From assembly GCA_965243135.1 (NCBI GenBank), contig OZ251539.1, positions 4,160,001 through 4,224,000 of the forward strand: 64,000 nucleotides of DNA. The letters run 5' to 3'. Under the pieces are notes generated by a model. The model was not told the DNA's origin. It saw only the letters and a program-made list of their open reading frames with translations, and searched no databases. This document shows, piece by piece, positions 50,958 to 64,000 of the stretch (positions within the stretch are counted from its first letter, which is position 1; each line of letters opens with the position of its first letter). The position numbers and the translations under genes were made by a program. The stretch comes from Alphaproteobacteria bacterium (GTDB lineage: Bacteria > Pseudomonadota > Alphaproteobacteria > MPNO01 > UBA830).

Positions 50958-52571
50958 TCAGGAGTTCTCTTCGGGATAAAGGCTGGCCGCCCGCAGGCCC
51001 CCGAAGCACTCCCAGGCGATGAGTTCGTGCGGATGGTCGATATGGACCTCGAACGCGACCTCGCCCGTGCGCTTCATCTCGCGGATTCTGCACCAGAACG
51101 GAAAATCGTTCGGATGCCATTCGTCGCGCCGCGCTTCGCTCCACGTCAGATCCTCGACCGCGACCCGGCGATTGAGGCGCTCGCGCCTCGGCAGGCAAAG
51201 GGAATCGATCACCAGCATGTTGTCGTTGGCAAGGCGGTGCGCATCCCCCATCGCCCATGAAATCACCCGCTCCGGATCATCGTCGTCCGACGAGGTCCAG
51301 ATCTCGGAAACCTCCATGGCGTCCGGATCGACGCGGTACTCGATCGCTCGCGCGAAGCACTCCCGCGGCTTCGCCGGCGGATCGAAGGGCATCGCGCGGA
51401 CGATGCCGTTGTCGTACATGACGAAGCAATTCTCGCCGGTCACGCGCGGGTTGTGGCCGTGGTAGTGCCAGCGGAGATCGTGCGTCGGCCGCAGCAGTTT
51501 CCGCCTGAAGCCGTCTCGCCAGCCCTTGTGGTCGCCGAGGATCCACTTGATCTCTCCGGAAGCGCGGTCGATCTTGACGATGGCGTCCTGATGGCGCAGC
51601 GAGACGAGAACGCTGTCGTCGTGACGGTCGTAGGCGACGCCGTTTCCGTGCGTCCAGTCGAGATGTTCGGGAAAGCCGCGCGTATGCCAGTAGACTTCGG
51701 TCAGATGATAGCCGATGCGCCAGATGTCCAGGTGTTCGAACGCGTCCCACCGCCACACGATTTCGCCTTCGGGAGTGAACTCCACGATCCTGTCGCCGAC
51801 CACCTTGCGGGTCGCTCGGGGCGCGTGCGGATCCGTTTCCGAGGTGTAGTAGTTCTCGATTTCCCGGGCGTTGGCGGTCAACGCCAGGTAGTTGCCGTTC
51901 GGCATCTCGTGCGGCTGATGATGCAAGCTCTGCGCGTCTATGGGAATCGCCGCCGGATCGTCGACCGGACCGAAGGGCCGCTTGTCTGCGTAGAAGGAAC
52001 GCACGACGTTGCCGCACATATCGATCTCGACCGAGCGGAAATCCACGTGGTGGTAAAACAGGTTGCCGTTCCGCAGCCGGTGCACGCCGGCGATTCGGGA
52101 ATCGGCGCGGTAGTACCAGACCACTTGGCCCTCTTCGTCGAGGGCGACCAGGAGCGACCAATCGCGCATGAAGGCGAACTGGCCCGGCGTCATCCAGATC
52201 GCCCGGGTCGCGGGGCTGCGCCGGACGCTGAGGATGGTGCAGCCCGGCTCCATTTCGTCCGGGCGGGACGCGACGCAGGCGAAGCGCGGCATCTCCGTCG
52301 CGTCTGCCGGCAGGGGCGGCGTTCGCCATGTCAACGTCGCCGGACCGGCCGTTCCCGCGGTCACGGTGATCCGGTGCTCGGTGTCCGCCCGCATGCCGAG
52401 GACGGGCAAGCCGCGCTCCGGGTCGCGGTCCGCGCCGAACGTCACGCGCCGCCGCTTGCGGCCGTCGTCGATCTCGAGCGCGGCGGCGACCGGACGGTCC
52501 GTCGCGAAGCGAACGATCGCGACCAGCGGCGCCCGTTCGTTCGGGTTGGCCTCGACGGTCGGCGCGAACAT
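50958..52571 (-). CDS. Aryl-sulfate sulfotransferase (ASST) family protein
   Basis: N-terminal Ig-like NPNERAPL..PVLGMRAD; LHH, DWTHGN, VSLRHQDAI, WHYHGHNP, MYDNG. Confidence 0.85.
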   Translation of the reverse strand: MFAPTVEANPNERAPLVAIVRFATDRPVAAALEIDDGRKRRRVTFGADRDPERGLPVLGMRADTEHRITVTAGTAGPATLTWRTPPLPADATEMPRFACVASRPDEMEPGCTILSVRRSPATRAIWMTPGQFAFMRDWSLLVALDEEGQVVWYYRADSRIAGVHRLRNGNLFYHHVDFRSVEIDMCGNVVRSFYADKRPFGPVDDPAAIPIDAQSLHHQPHEMPNGNYLALTANAREIENYYTSETDPHAPRATRKVVGDRIVEFTPEGEIVWRWDAFEHLDIWRIGYHLTEVYWHTRGFPEHLDWTHGNGVAYDRHDDSVLVSLRHQDAIVKIDRASGEIKWILGDHKGWRDGFRRKLLRPTHDLRWHYHGHNPRVTGENCFVMYDNGIVRAMPFDPPAKPRECFARAIEYRVDPDAMEVSEIWTSSDDDDPERVISWAMGDAHRLANDNMLVIDSLCLPRRERLNRRVAVEDLTWSEARRDEWHPNDFPFWCRIREMKRTGEVAFEVHIDHPHELIAWECFGGLRAASLYPEENS

Positions 52572-52584
52572 CCGCCGGTCGGCG

Positions 52585-53445
52585 CTACGCGCGTTGTCCG
52601 GCGGGGTCCCGGCCCGTCCGGGCGAACCTCGCGGCGGCGATGCGGGGCATCAGGCGGCTGCGGAACCAAACGAACGCCCTCACGGCGCGAACCGTCAGCC
52701 GGCCCGGCGCGCGGTCGGGATCGAAGCCGACGGCGTCGAAGATCATTTCCACGCTCCGCGCGATGTGCCGCGGCCGGTAGAACTTGAGCGCGCTGCGCGC
52801 GTAGGCCGCGGCATTGGCGCGGCGATCGTAGGGTTCCCCGTCGGCATTGGCCGCCCAGTAGGCGCTCGCGAGCTCGTCGTCGTCGGTTTCGGCGATGCGT
52901 CCGAGCGCGACCCGCAGCCTCTGGAGGCGATTGAGGCCCTCGCGGTCGAGATACCGGCACATGTTCCTGAAGAACAGGTGGTAATGCGCGAACTCGTCCT
53001 CGGCGATGCGTCGACAGATCGTTTCGAGGACGGGCTCGTCGGCGGCGTCGGCGAGCGCCGTATAGAAGGAGTTGGTTCCGGTTTCCACCATGCAGCGCGC
53101 GACCAGTTCGCCGGTTCGCGAACCGCGAACCGAACGGTCGGCGTCCAGAGGCAGGCGGAAGTTGCGCTTGAACCGTTCGAACCGGCGCTCGAAATCGAAC
53201 TCGGGATCGGCCAGCGCCGCCCAGCGTCCGAGCGCCCGCCCGTGCTGGACTTCTTCCTCGGCCCAACGGTCGACGGCGGAGCGCATCCTCGGATCGTCCT
53301 CGAACACGCCGTTCAGGTAACGGCGGTAATCCTCCGCGTTGTACTCGACCATGCTGGCGGCCTTGACGATCGGAACGAGTTCGGGGTCGATCCTCGACGG
53401 ATCGAATTCGTTCCAGGGAATGTCGTCCAGAGTCCAGCTTCCCAT
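52585..53445 (-). CDS. Ferritin-like diiron domain protein
   Basis: WTLDDIPW, KAASMVEYN, EEVQHG, RCMVETGT, DEFAHY. Confidence 0.85.
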   Translation of the reverse strand: MGSWTLDDIPWNEFDPSRIDPELVPIVKAASMVEYNAEDYRRYLNGVFEDDPRMRSAVDRWAEEEVQHGRALGRWAALADPEFDFERRFERFKRNFRLPLDADRSVRGSRTGELVARCMVETGTNSFYTALADAADEPVLETICRRIAEDEFAHYHLFFRNMCRYLDREGLNRLQRLRVALGRIAETDDDELASAYWAANADGEPYDRRANAAAYARSALKFYRPRHIARSVEMIFDAVGFDPDRAPGRLTVRAVRAFVWFRSRLMPRIAAARFARTGRDPAGQRA

Positions 53446-53813
53446 CACCGGCGCCGTTTCGTCGTGCTCGTCCGCGATGCGGACATCCTGCCGGAATTGT
53501 AGCTCAAGGCGAATTGTATTCAATCGGCCGGTCGAGTCGAATTGCGGACTCCGGTTTCGCGGCGTCGGAGGCGTCCCTCGCGGCGGCGAGCCGCCGTCCC
53601 GCGGGCAACCGGCGCCGACGCGCTCCGCGCCGTGGATTCGGGCGAACGCGCCGCTGGCGGCCGGTCGCGTTCCTCGACGGGAGTCGCGGCAAGCCGCGGT
53701 CGCCTGCTCGGCCGGTCCGGCCGGCGCGGAACGCGCCTCCGCCTTTCCTCCGAGACGCGCCGGAACGGAGGCAGCGACCGTCGACCGCGCAGGAGGCTGC
53801 CGCGCCCGGAACG

Positions 53814-55100
53814 TCAGCCGTGATGCACTCGTTCGCCGTGGGCCGTGATGTCGAGACCCTCGAGTTCCTCTTCCTCGCCGACGCGCAGGCCGACCGTCTT
53901 GTCGAGAAGCTTCGCAAGGATCCAGCTGATCGCGACTGACCAGACGAGCGTCGCGGCGAGGCCGAGCAGCTGCGCGCCGAATTGGGCGCCCATGCTCCGG
54001 TCGAGACCGAGGCCGCCCAGCGCCGTCGCTCCGAAGAACGAGATCAGCAGAATCCCGAGTGCGCCTCCGACTCCGTGGACCGCGAACACGTCGAGCGAAT
54101 CGTCTACGCCGATCCTGTTCTTGACGAAGCCCACGGCCACGTAGCAGACGACGCCGGCCGCAAGGCCGAACGCGACGCCGCCGAGCGGACCGATGAAGCC
54201 CGATCCCGGCGTTACGGTCGCGAGTCCGGCGACCATGCCGGTCACGATGCCGACCAGGCTCGGCTTGCCGTGCTTGATCCATTCGATGCCCGCCCACGCG
54301 AGAGAAGCCGTCGCCGCCGAAAGATGCGTGACGAGCATCGCCATGCCGGCGGCGCCGTCGGCGGCGAGCGCCGAGCCGGCGTTGAACCCGAACCATCCGA
54401 CCCACAGCATCGACGCGCCGATCATCGTCAGGCCGGGATGATGAGGCGGCGTGATCTCGCGAGGAAAACCGCGCCGCGAACCAAGCGCAGCGGCGATCAC
54501 GAGCGCCGACGCCCCTGCCGTGACGTGCACGACGAGACCGCCCGCGAAGTCCTTCACGCCCATCTCGGCGAGCCAGCCCCCGCCCCAAATCCAGTGACAG
54601 ACGGGCGCGTAGACCAGGATCAGCCACAATCCGCTGAACGACAACACCGCGCCGAACCTGATGCGCTCCACGTACGCTCCGACGATCAGGGCCGGGGTGA
54701 TGACGGCGAACGTCATCTGGAACATGACGAAGACGGTTTCCGGGATGGTTCCGGCCAGCGTCGCGGTCCCGATCCCGGACAGGAACGCCTTGTCGAAGCT
54801 TCCGATCCAGGCGTTCGCGCCGCCGCCGTCGCCGAAGGCGAGACCGTAGACGCAGACGAACCAGAGAACCGACATGAGGCAGGCGACCGCGAAGCATTGC
54901 ATCAGGACCGACAGAAGATTGCGGGCGCGCACGAGCCCGCCGTAGAACAACGCGAGTCCCGGCAGCGTCATGAACAGGACCAGCGCGGTCGAGGTCAGGA
55001 TCCACGCGGCGTCGGCGCCGTTCAGAGCGTCTTCCGCGAACGCGCGTTCCGGCAGACAGGCCAGAACGGCGGCCGCGCAGGCGATCCTTGACGATCTCAT
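53814..55100 (-). CDS. amtB: Ammonium transporter
   Basis: FQMTFA, DFAGGLVVH, LWVGWFGFNAGS, DDSLDVFAVHG. Confidence 0.96.
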   Translation of the reverse strand: MRSSRIACAAAVLACLPERAFAEDALNGADAAWILTSTALVLFMTLPGLALFYGGLVRARNLLSVLMQCFAVACLMSVLWFVCVYGLAFGDGGGANAWIGSFDKAFLSGIGTATLAGTIPETVFVMFQMTFAVITPALIVGAYVERIRFGAVLSFSGLWLILVYAPVCHWIWGGGWLAEMGVKDFAGGLVVHVTAGASALVIAAALGSRRGFPREITPPHHPGLTMIGASMLWVGWFGFNAGSALAADGAAGMAMLVTHLSAATASLAWAGIEWIKHGKPSLVGIVTGMVAGLATVTPGSGFIGPLGGVAFGLAAGVVCYVAVGFVKNRIGVDDSLDVFAVHGVGGALGILLISFFGATALGGLGLDRSMGAQFGAQLLGLAATLVWSVAISWILAKLLDKTVGLRVGEEEELEGLDITAHGERVHHG

Positions 55101-55117
55101 CGTTCTCTCTCCCTCGG

Positions 55118-55486
55118 CTATCGGCCGGCGGTCGCCGCGAACATCGCTTCGGCGGCCGCCAGTTCCGCCGCGTCATCGGACTCGCGCGCCGCGGCCAGCC
55201 TTCGCCCGGCGGTCTCGCGATCGATTTCCTCTACGGGCAGCGCTTCCTCGGCCAGCACGGTGCAGCGATCGCCGACGACTTCGGCGAAACCGCCCGCGAC
55301 GAAGATGCGCCGGTCGGGGGCTTCGTTTTCCCAGGTCTCGATCACGCCGGGCCGCAGCGCCGAGATCAGGGGCGCGTGTCCCTGCAACACCCCGAAATCC
55401 CCCTCCGCGCCGGGCACGACCACCATCGACACCTCGTCGGAAAGCAGAATCTTCTCCGGCGAAATCAGCTCGAAAGAAACGGGCAT
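55118..55486 (-). CDS. atpC: ATP synthase epsilon subunit
   Basis: FELISPE, PGAEGDFGVLQGHAP, GGFAEV. Confidence 0.95.
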   Translation of the reverse strand: MPVSFELISPEKILLSDEVSMVVVPGAEGDFGVLQGHAPLISALRPGVIETWENEAPDRRIFVAGGFAEVVGDRCTVLAEEALPVEEIDRETAGRRLAAARESDDAAELAAAEAMFAATAGR

Positions 55487-55496
55487 CGCGATTCCC

Positions 55497-59333
<3,837 letters not shown>

Positions 59334-59334
<1 letters not shown>

Positions 59335-59888
59335 CACGCTGCCCCTTTCAATGAGAGTTCGAGTCTTTGCAGCTTGGTGCGGAGCGACGAGTCCACCATG
59401 CGCGATCCGATCTTCACGACCATGCCGCCCAGCAGCGAGGCGTCCACGCGCTCGTCGATCGCGACCCCGGTTCCGGTCATGCCGCGCAGCTGCCGCGCGA
59501 GCGCGTCGCGCTGGGCGTCCGTCAACGGCCGCGCGGTCGTGACTTCCGCCGTTCGCTCGCCGCGGCGGGCGGCGAGAAGTTCGCCGAAGGCGGCGCAAAT
59601 CTCGTCGAGCGCCGCGAGCCGGCGGTTGCGGGCGACGACTCCGGCGAAACTTGCGGTCAGCGCCGAGACGCCCGCCCGCTCCATCACCGCCGCGACGGCC
59701 TTGCTCTGGTCCTCGCGGCTGACGACGGGACTCGCCGCGAGGCGGCGAAGGTCGGCGGAAATCCGGAGCAACCGCCGGATGCCGTCCAGATCCTCGGCTA
59801 CCGCGTCGAGTTCTCCCCGTTCTTCGGACAGTTCGAAAAGCGCGGCCGCATAACGGCCCGCCAAGCCGGAAACGCCTGCTGTCGACAC
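59334..59888 (-). CDS. atpH: ATP synthase delta subunit
   Basis: [28 protein letters not shown]; GTG start. Confidence 0.95.
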
Positions 59889-59991
59889 TCGATTGACCTC
59901 GAAAATTCCTGTCGGCGGAGAAGCCGCGGGACGGCGATCCCGTCCCCGAATGCGGGGCTTGATAACACGGACGACCGGGCGGCGCAACCCG

Positions 59992-60807
59992 CTATCGCGG
60001 GCGTCCGGCGGCCTTCGAACGGCCGGGCGGCGGCGCGGAGACGCGCACGGCGACTTCCAGCGACTCGCGGCCGCCCCCCGTCCGCACGCCGCGCACCGGA
60101 GACGCGGAATCGTAGTCCAGCCCGACGGCGAGCGAGACATGGCGTTCCGTCGCGCAGGTGCAGTTCGAGACGTCGAAGCCGACCCAGCCGAGATCGTCGA
60201 CCCATGCGGCCGCCCACGCATGGCCGGCCGCGTGGGTCGCGTCTCCGTCGTAAAGATATCCCGACACGTAGCGCGCGGGCACGCCGAGGCGCCGGGCGCA
60301 GCCGATGAAGACATGAGCGTGATCCTGACAGACGCCGCGACCCGCGGCGAAGGTTTCGGACGCGGTCGAACGCACGTTCGTGACGCCCGTTCGGTAGGCG
60401 ACGCGGTCGCGGATCGCGGCCATCATATCGTGAAGGACGTCGAGCCGCTTTCCCCGGAACCCGGACGCGAATTCCGCGAGTTCCCGGTCCGGCCGGGTTC
60501 GGGACGTCTGCTGCAGAAACAGTTCCGGAGGGCAGTCGTCCGGCGGCAGGACGCCGTTCGCGCGGGTCGTCGAAACGCGCCCGCGCGCGACGATGTCGAT
60601 CCGGCGCGGCGGATTTTCCAGCGCCAGCGTGTGGCACTGGTTGCCGAAGCCGTCGCGCCAAGGTTCGGGATCGGCGGCGGCGTCTATGCGCCAGTCCAGG
60701 ACGTCCTGGCTCGCGTCGGAGCGCGGCGTGAGGCGCAGCAGCTGGGTCGAGCTCGTCGGCGACGCGTCGTAGCGGTAAGTGGTGCGATGGGAGATCTCAA
60801 GAAGCAT
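59992..60807 (-). CDS. Transglutaminase-like family protein
   Basis: HRTTYRY, LRLTPR, GVCQDHAH, ARYVSGYL, HAW, GFD. Confidence 0.9.
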   Translation of the reverse strand: MLLEISHRTTYRYDASPTSSTQLLRLTPRSDASQDVLDWRIDAAADPEPWRDGFGNQCHTLALENPPRRIDIVARGRVSTTRANGVLPPDDCPPELFLQQTSRTRPDRELAEFASGFRGKRLDVLHDMMAAIRDRVAYRTGVTNVRSTASETFAAGRGVCQDHAHVFIGCARRLGVPARYVSGYLYDGDATHAAGHAWAAAWVDDLGWVGFDVSNCTCATERHVSLAVGLDYDSASPVRGVRTGGGRESLEVAVRVSAPPPGRSKAAGRPR

Positions 60808-61202
60808 TTCGGGTCGGGGGGCGAAGCGCGGCGGCGATGCAGCGAGCGGAGAACGGGGGGCCGGCGGTCGCGTCGTCAGGCCGAACCGCGTTTCCCGGAA
60901 GGCCCGCGCCGCGGAAGCGCCCCGCCGCGGCGCGGGGGCCGCCTTCCGGCACCGTCGTTCGCAGGCGTTCGGTCGGCATGTCCCGGCGGTTCCGAGGCGA
61001 AGCGGTCGAAAGAGTATAGCACGACGCCCCCGTCATTGCGGGCAGGCCGCCCGCGCCGAGAGGAGGCCGGCGGCGCGGGACGGGCTCCCTCGCGGGCGGC
61101 GCGTCCCGCCGTCACGGGGTCCGAACCGGAGGCGGTCCGGGCGTATCCCGCAAGCGGGCGACCGCGACAGCTTCGCCGAAGAGCGGTCGCATGGCCCGAT
61201 GG

Positions 61203-61784
61203 TCAGGACTGCCGCGAACTCCCCGTTTCGTAAACGAACGGGCTCTCGATTTCCTTCAATCTCGGCAGGTTGCGGTCCTTCTCCGAGAGGACGGCCATGT
61301 CGAGGCCGAGCGGCCAATCGATGCCCAGATCCGGATCGTTCCACAGAAGCCCCTCGTCGTGGTCCGGAGCGTAGTAGTGGCTGACCTTGTAGATCACCTC
61401 GGTGTCGGGTTCGAGAGTCATGAAACCGTGAGCGAAGCCGACCGGCACGAGCAGTTGGTTCCACGCTTCGGCGGACAGGACGGCGCTCGCATGCCGTCCG
61501 TAGGAGGGCGATCCCCGGCGCAGGTCGACCGCGACGTCGAATACCGCTCCCCGCGTCACGCGCACCAGCTTGTCCTGCGCGAAGGGCGGAGTCTGGAAAT
61601 GCAGGCCGCGAACCGTTCCCTTCTCGGCCGACAGGGAATGATTGTCCTGCACGAACTCGATGTGGATTCCGGCCTCGCCGAGCGCGTGCTTGTTGTACAC
61701 CTCGGAAAAGAAGCCGCGATGGTCGCCGTGCTTCTTCGGCGTCAACTCCCTGACCGCCGCGATGCCCAGTTTCTTGATCGACAT
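61203..61784 (-). CDS. rfbC: dTDP-4-dehydrorhamnose 3,5-epimerase
   Basis: DHRGFFSE, VQDNHS, RGLHFQ, DVAVDLR, GFAHGF. Confidence 0.95.
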   Translation of the reverse strand: MSIKKLGIAAVRELTPKKHGDHRGFFSEVYNKHALGEAGIHIEFVQDNHSLSAEKGTVRGLHFQTPPFAQDKLVRVTRGAVFDVAVDLRRGSPSYGRHASAVLSAEAWNQLLVPVGFAHGFMTLEPDTEVIYKVSHYYAPDHDEGLLWNDPDLGIDWPLGLDMAVLSEKDRNLPRLKEIESPFVYETGSSRQS

Positions 61785-61940
61785 GATTTCCTTCCTCGTC
61801 CTGCCGACGGGCGCCCGCCGGGGTCCTACGCATTCCGGAAAGCGGAGTCCATCGTTCGCCGGCGGCGGGACTCCTTCGCGCCGGAGAGACGCGCCGGCTC
61901 GGCGGAAAGCGTCCCTCGACCCCCGCCCAGGCGCGGCCCT

Positions 61941-64000
61941 CTACATGAAGCTGTACGGATCGATGTCCACCGCGACGCGCACGCCCCTGCCCGGCCTGAT
62001 TCCGGCGACCCAGCGCCGCACCGTGTCCTGCAACTTGACGTCCCTGGGGGCCGTCATCAGCAGGCGGCGGCGGTGACGTCCGCGGAGGATCGCCATCGGC
62101 GCGGGGGCGGGGCCGAGCACGGAGACGCAGGCCGACCGCGGCGCCGCGCGACCGAGCATGGACGCCGTGGCGTCGACTTCCTCCTCGACCGCTCCCGAGA
62201 CGATCACCGCGGCGAGACGCCCGTACGGAGGCATGCCGTGCCGCCGCCGCGAGGCCGCTTCCGCTTCCATGAACCGGCGGCCGTCGCCCGACTCCAGCGC
62301 CCGCATCACCGCGTGCTCGGGCTGCCAAGTCTGCAGCAGCACCTGTCCCGCAGTCTCGCCGCGTCCCGCGCGGCCGGCAACCTGGTTGAGGAGTTGATGG
62401 GTTCGTTCCGCGGCGCGCAGGTCGCCGCCCGACAGGCCGAGGTCGGCGTCGACGACGCCGACGAGCGTGAGCGCCGGAAAGTGAAAACCTTTGGCCATGA
62501 TCTGGGTGCCGATCAGCAGGTCGATTTCGCGGGCATGCATGCGCCTCACCAGCGCGGCCGCCTCGCCCGGCCGGCGAACGGTGTCGCTCGACATGATCTC
62601 GAGCCGCGCCTCGGGAAAGCGGCGGCGCGCTTCCTCCGCCAGCCGCTCGACTCCCGGTCCGCAGGCGGCGAAGCGGTCTTCCGCCTCGCAGGACGGGCAA
62701 ATCCGGGGAAGCGCCGCCGAGTAGCCGCAATGGTGGCATTGGAGGCGCTCGAGAAGACGGTGCTCCACCAGCCATGCCGTGCAATGCGGGCATTCGAGCC
62801 GGTGTCCGCAGGCCCGGCACAGGGTCAACGGCGCGTAGCCGCGACGATTGAGGAACAGCATCGCCTGACATCCCCCGGCCAGCGCGTTCCGGGCGGCCTC
62901 GACCAGCGCGGGCGACAGCCAGGTCCGCCTGTCCATGGCCTGGTCCCGCATGTCGACGGAGGAGATTTCCGGGAGCTGGGCGCCTGCGAAGCGTTCCGGG
63001 AGGGAAATGCGCTCGTAGCGCCGCCTCCAGACGTTGTCCACGGTCTCAAGCGACGGCGTCGCCGAGGCGAGCACCACGGGGAAGCCGCCGATGCGACCGC
63101 GCACGACCGCCATGTCGCGCGCATTGTAGATGACGCCCTCGTCCTGCTTGAAGCCCGGATCGTGCTCCTCGTCCACCACGATCAGGCCAAGATCCGGGAA
63201 GGGCAGCATGAGGGCGGACCGCGCTCCCACCGCCAGCCTAGCGGCGCCGGTCAGCACGTCCCGCCAGGCGCGCCGCCGCTGCGCCGGAGCCAGATCCGAG
63301 TGCCAGACCGCCGGCGGCGCGCCGAAACGGGTTTCGAAGCGGGCGAGCCAGTCGGCGGTGAGGGCGATTTCCGGCAGCAGCACGGCGACCTGCCGGCCGG
63401 CGGCAAGGGCGGCCGCGACCGCTTCGAAATACACTTCGGTCTTGCCGGAGCCCGTCACGCCGTCCAGGACCGTCACCGAGAAACCGCCGTCGGCCACCCG
63501 CCGGACCAGATCGTCCGCCGCTGTTCGCTGGGCGGGCGACAGATCGGGACCGGGGCGATGAGGATCCGGCTTCGCGAGGCTGTCGCCGACTTCGGCGCGG
63601 CGCAGCGCGCCGGCCTGGGCGAGTCCGCGAATCACGGACGGAGACACGCCGGCCGTCCGCGCCAGCGCGGCGGCCGTCATCGGCGCGCGCTCCGCGAGGG
63701 CGCGAATCACTTGCCTGCGCGCCGCGGTCGGACGCAGCCCGCACGGAAGGCGATCGTCCTCGGCGGCGACGCCCGGGGCGAGTTCGAAAGCGGCTGCGGG
63801 CTTCGGCGGCTTCAGCGCGCCCGGCGCGCGCATGACCATGCGCAAGACGCTGCCGCGCTTCGAAAGCGTGTAGGCCGCGACCCAATCGACGAATTCCAGC
63901 GACGCCTTCGGGAGCGGCGGGATGTCGTGCAGAGATATGATTTCGCGAAGTTTTCCGGATTCCACGTCGCCCTGCGCAGGTCCCCAGACCACTCCGGCGG
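61941..64000 (-). CDS. priA: Primosomal protein N' (5' end outside window)
   Basis: GVTGSGKTEVY, DEEH, SATPS, two CxxC pairs, QVAGRAGR, DIDP. Confidence 0.96.
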   Translation of the reverse strand, partial: AGVVWGPAQGDVESGKLREIISLHDIPPLPKASLEFVDWVAAYTLSKRGSVLRMVMRAPGALKPPKPAAAFELAPGVAAEDDRLPCGLRPTAARRQVIRALAERAPMTAAALARTAGVSPSVIRGLAQAGALRRAEVGDSLAKPDPHRPGPDLSPAQRTAADDLVRRVADGGFSVTVLDGVTGSGKTEVYFEAVAAALAAGRQVAVLLPEIALTADWLARFETRFGAPPAVWHSDLAPAQRRRAWRDVLTGAARLAVGARSALMLPFPDLGLIVVDEEHDPGFKQDEGVIYNARDMAVVRGRIGGFPVVLASATPSLETVDNVWRRRYERISLPERFAGAQLPEISSVDMRDQAMDRRTWLSPALVEAARNALAGGCQAMLFLNRRGYAPLTLCRACGHRLECPHCTAWLVEHRLLERLQCHHCGYSAALPRICPSCEAEDRFAACGPGVERLAEEARRRFPEARLEIMSSDTVRRPGEAAALVRRMHAREIDLLIGTQIMAKGFHFPALTLVGVVDADLGLSGGDLRAAERTHQLLNQVAGRAGRGETAGQVLLQTWQPEHAVMRALESGDGRRFMEAEAASRRRHGMPPYGRLAAVIVSGAVEEEVDATASMLGRAAPRSACVSVLGPAPAPMAILRGRHRRRLLMTAPRDVKLQDTVRRWVAGIRPGRGVRVAVDIDPYSFM

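Overview
High-GC alphaproteobacterial chromosome segment, probably Rhodospirillales-like (inferred from the priA/atpHAGDC and rplU-rpmA-obgE-proBA-nadD-rsfS-rlmH-gpmI-ctpA-rppH gene orders and a GAAC-N7-GAAT SOS box). Intact housekeeping blocks alternate with four accessory patches: (1) 0.3-6.1 kb, a Dcm methylase / MORC-ATPase-histidine kinase / receiver-domain operon next to imuA and an in-frame imuB-dnaE2 fusion; (2) 13.1-15.0 kb, decayed NYN and type IIL R-M fragments; (3) 24.2-33.3 kb, an island at the 3' end of tRNA-Ser(CGA) with a membrane-anchored dCTP deaminase, an IS66 in an MT-A70 gene, phage packaging remnants, NYN, a lipoprotein and an NHLP RiPP precursor; (4) 43.0-50.6 kb, a TA remnant, IS4, a DUF499 pseudogene and a second NHLP precursor. 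The most striking unexplained structure is a dispersed repeat family: a palindromic TATCAACT...AGTTGATA site, present three times as the end of a ~100-bp hairpin + sigma70-promoter module. Copies occur in all four accessory patches, at core/accessory junctions, at points where genes are truncated, and next to both orphan NHLP precursors. All calls come from reading the sequence and translations; no database searches were run.
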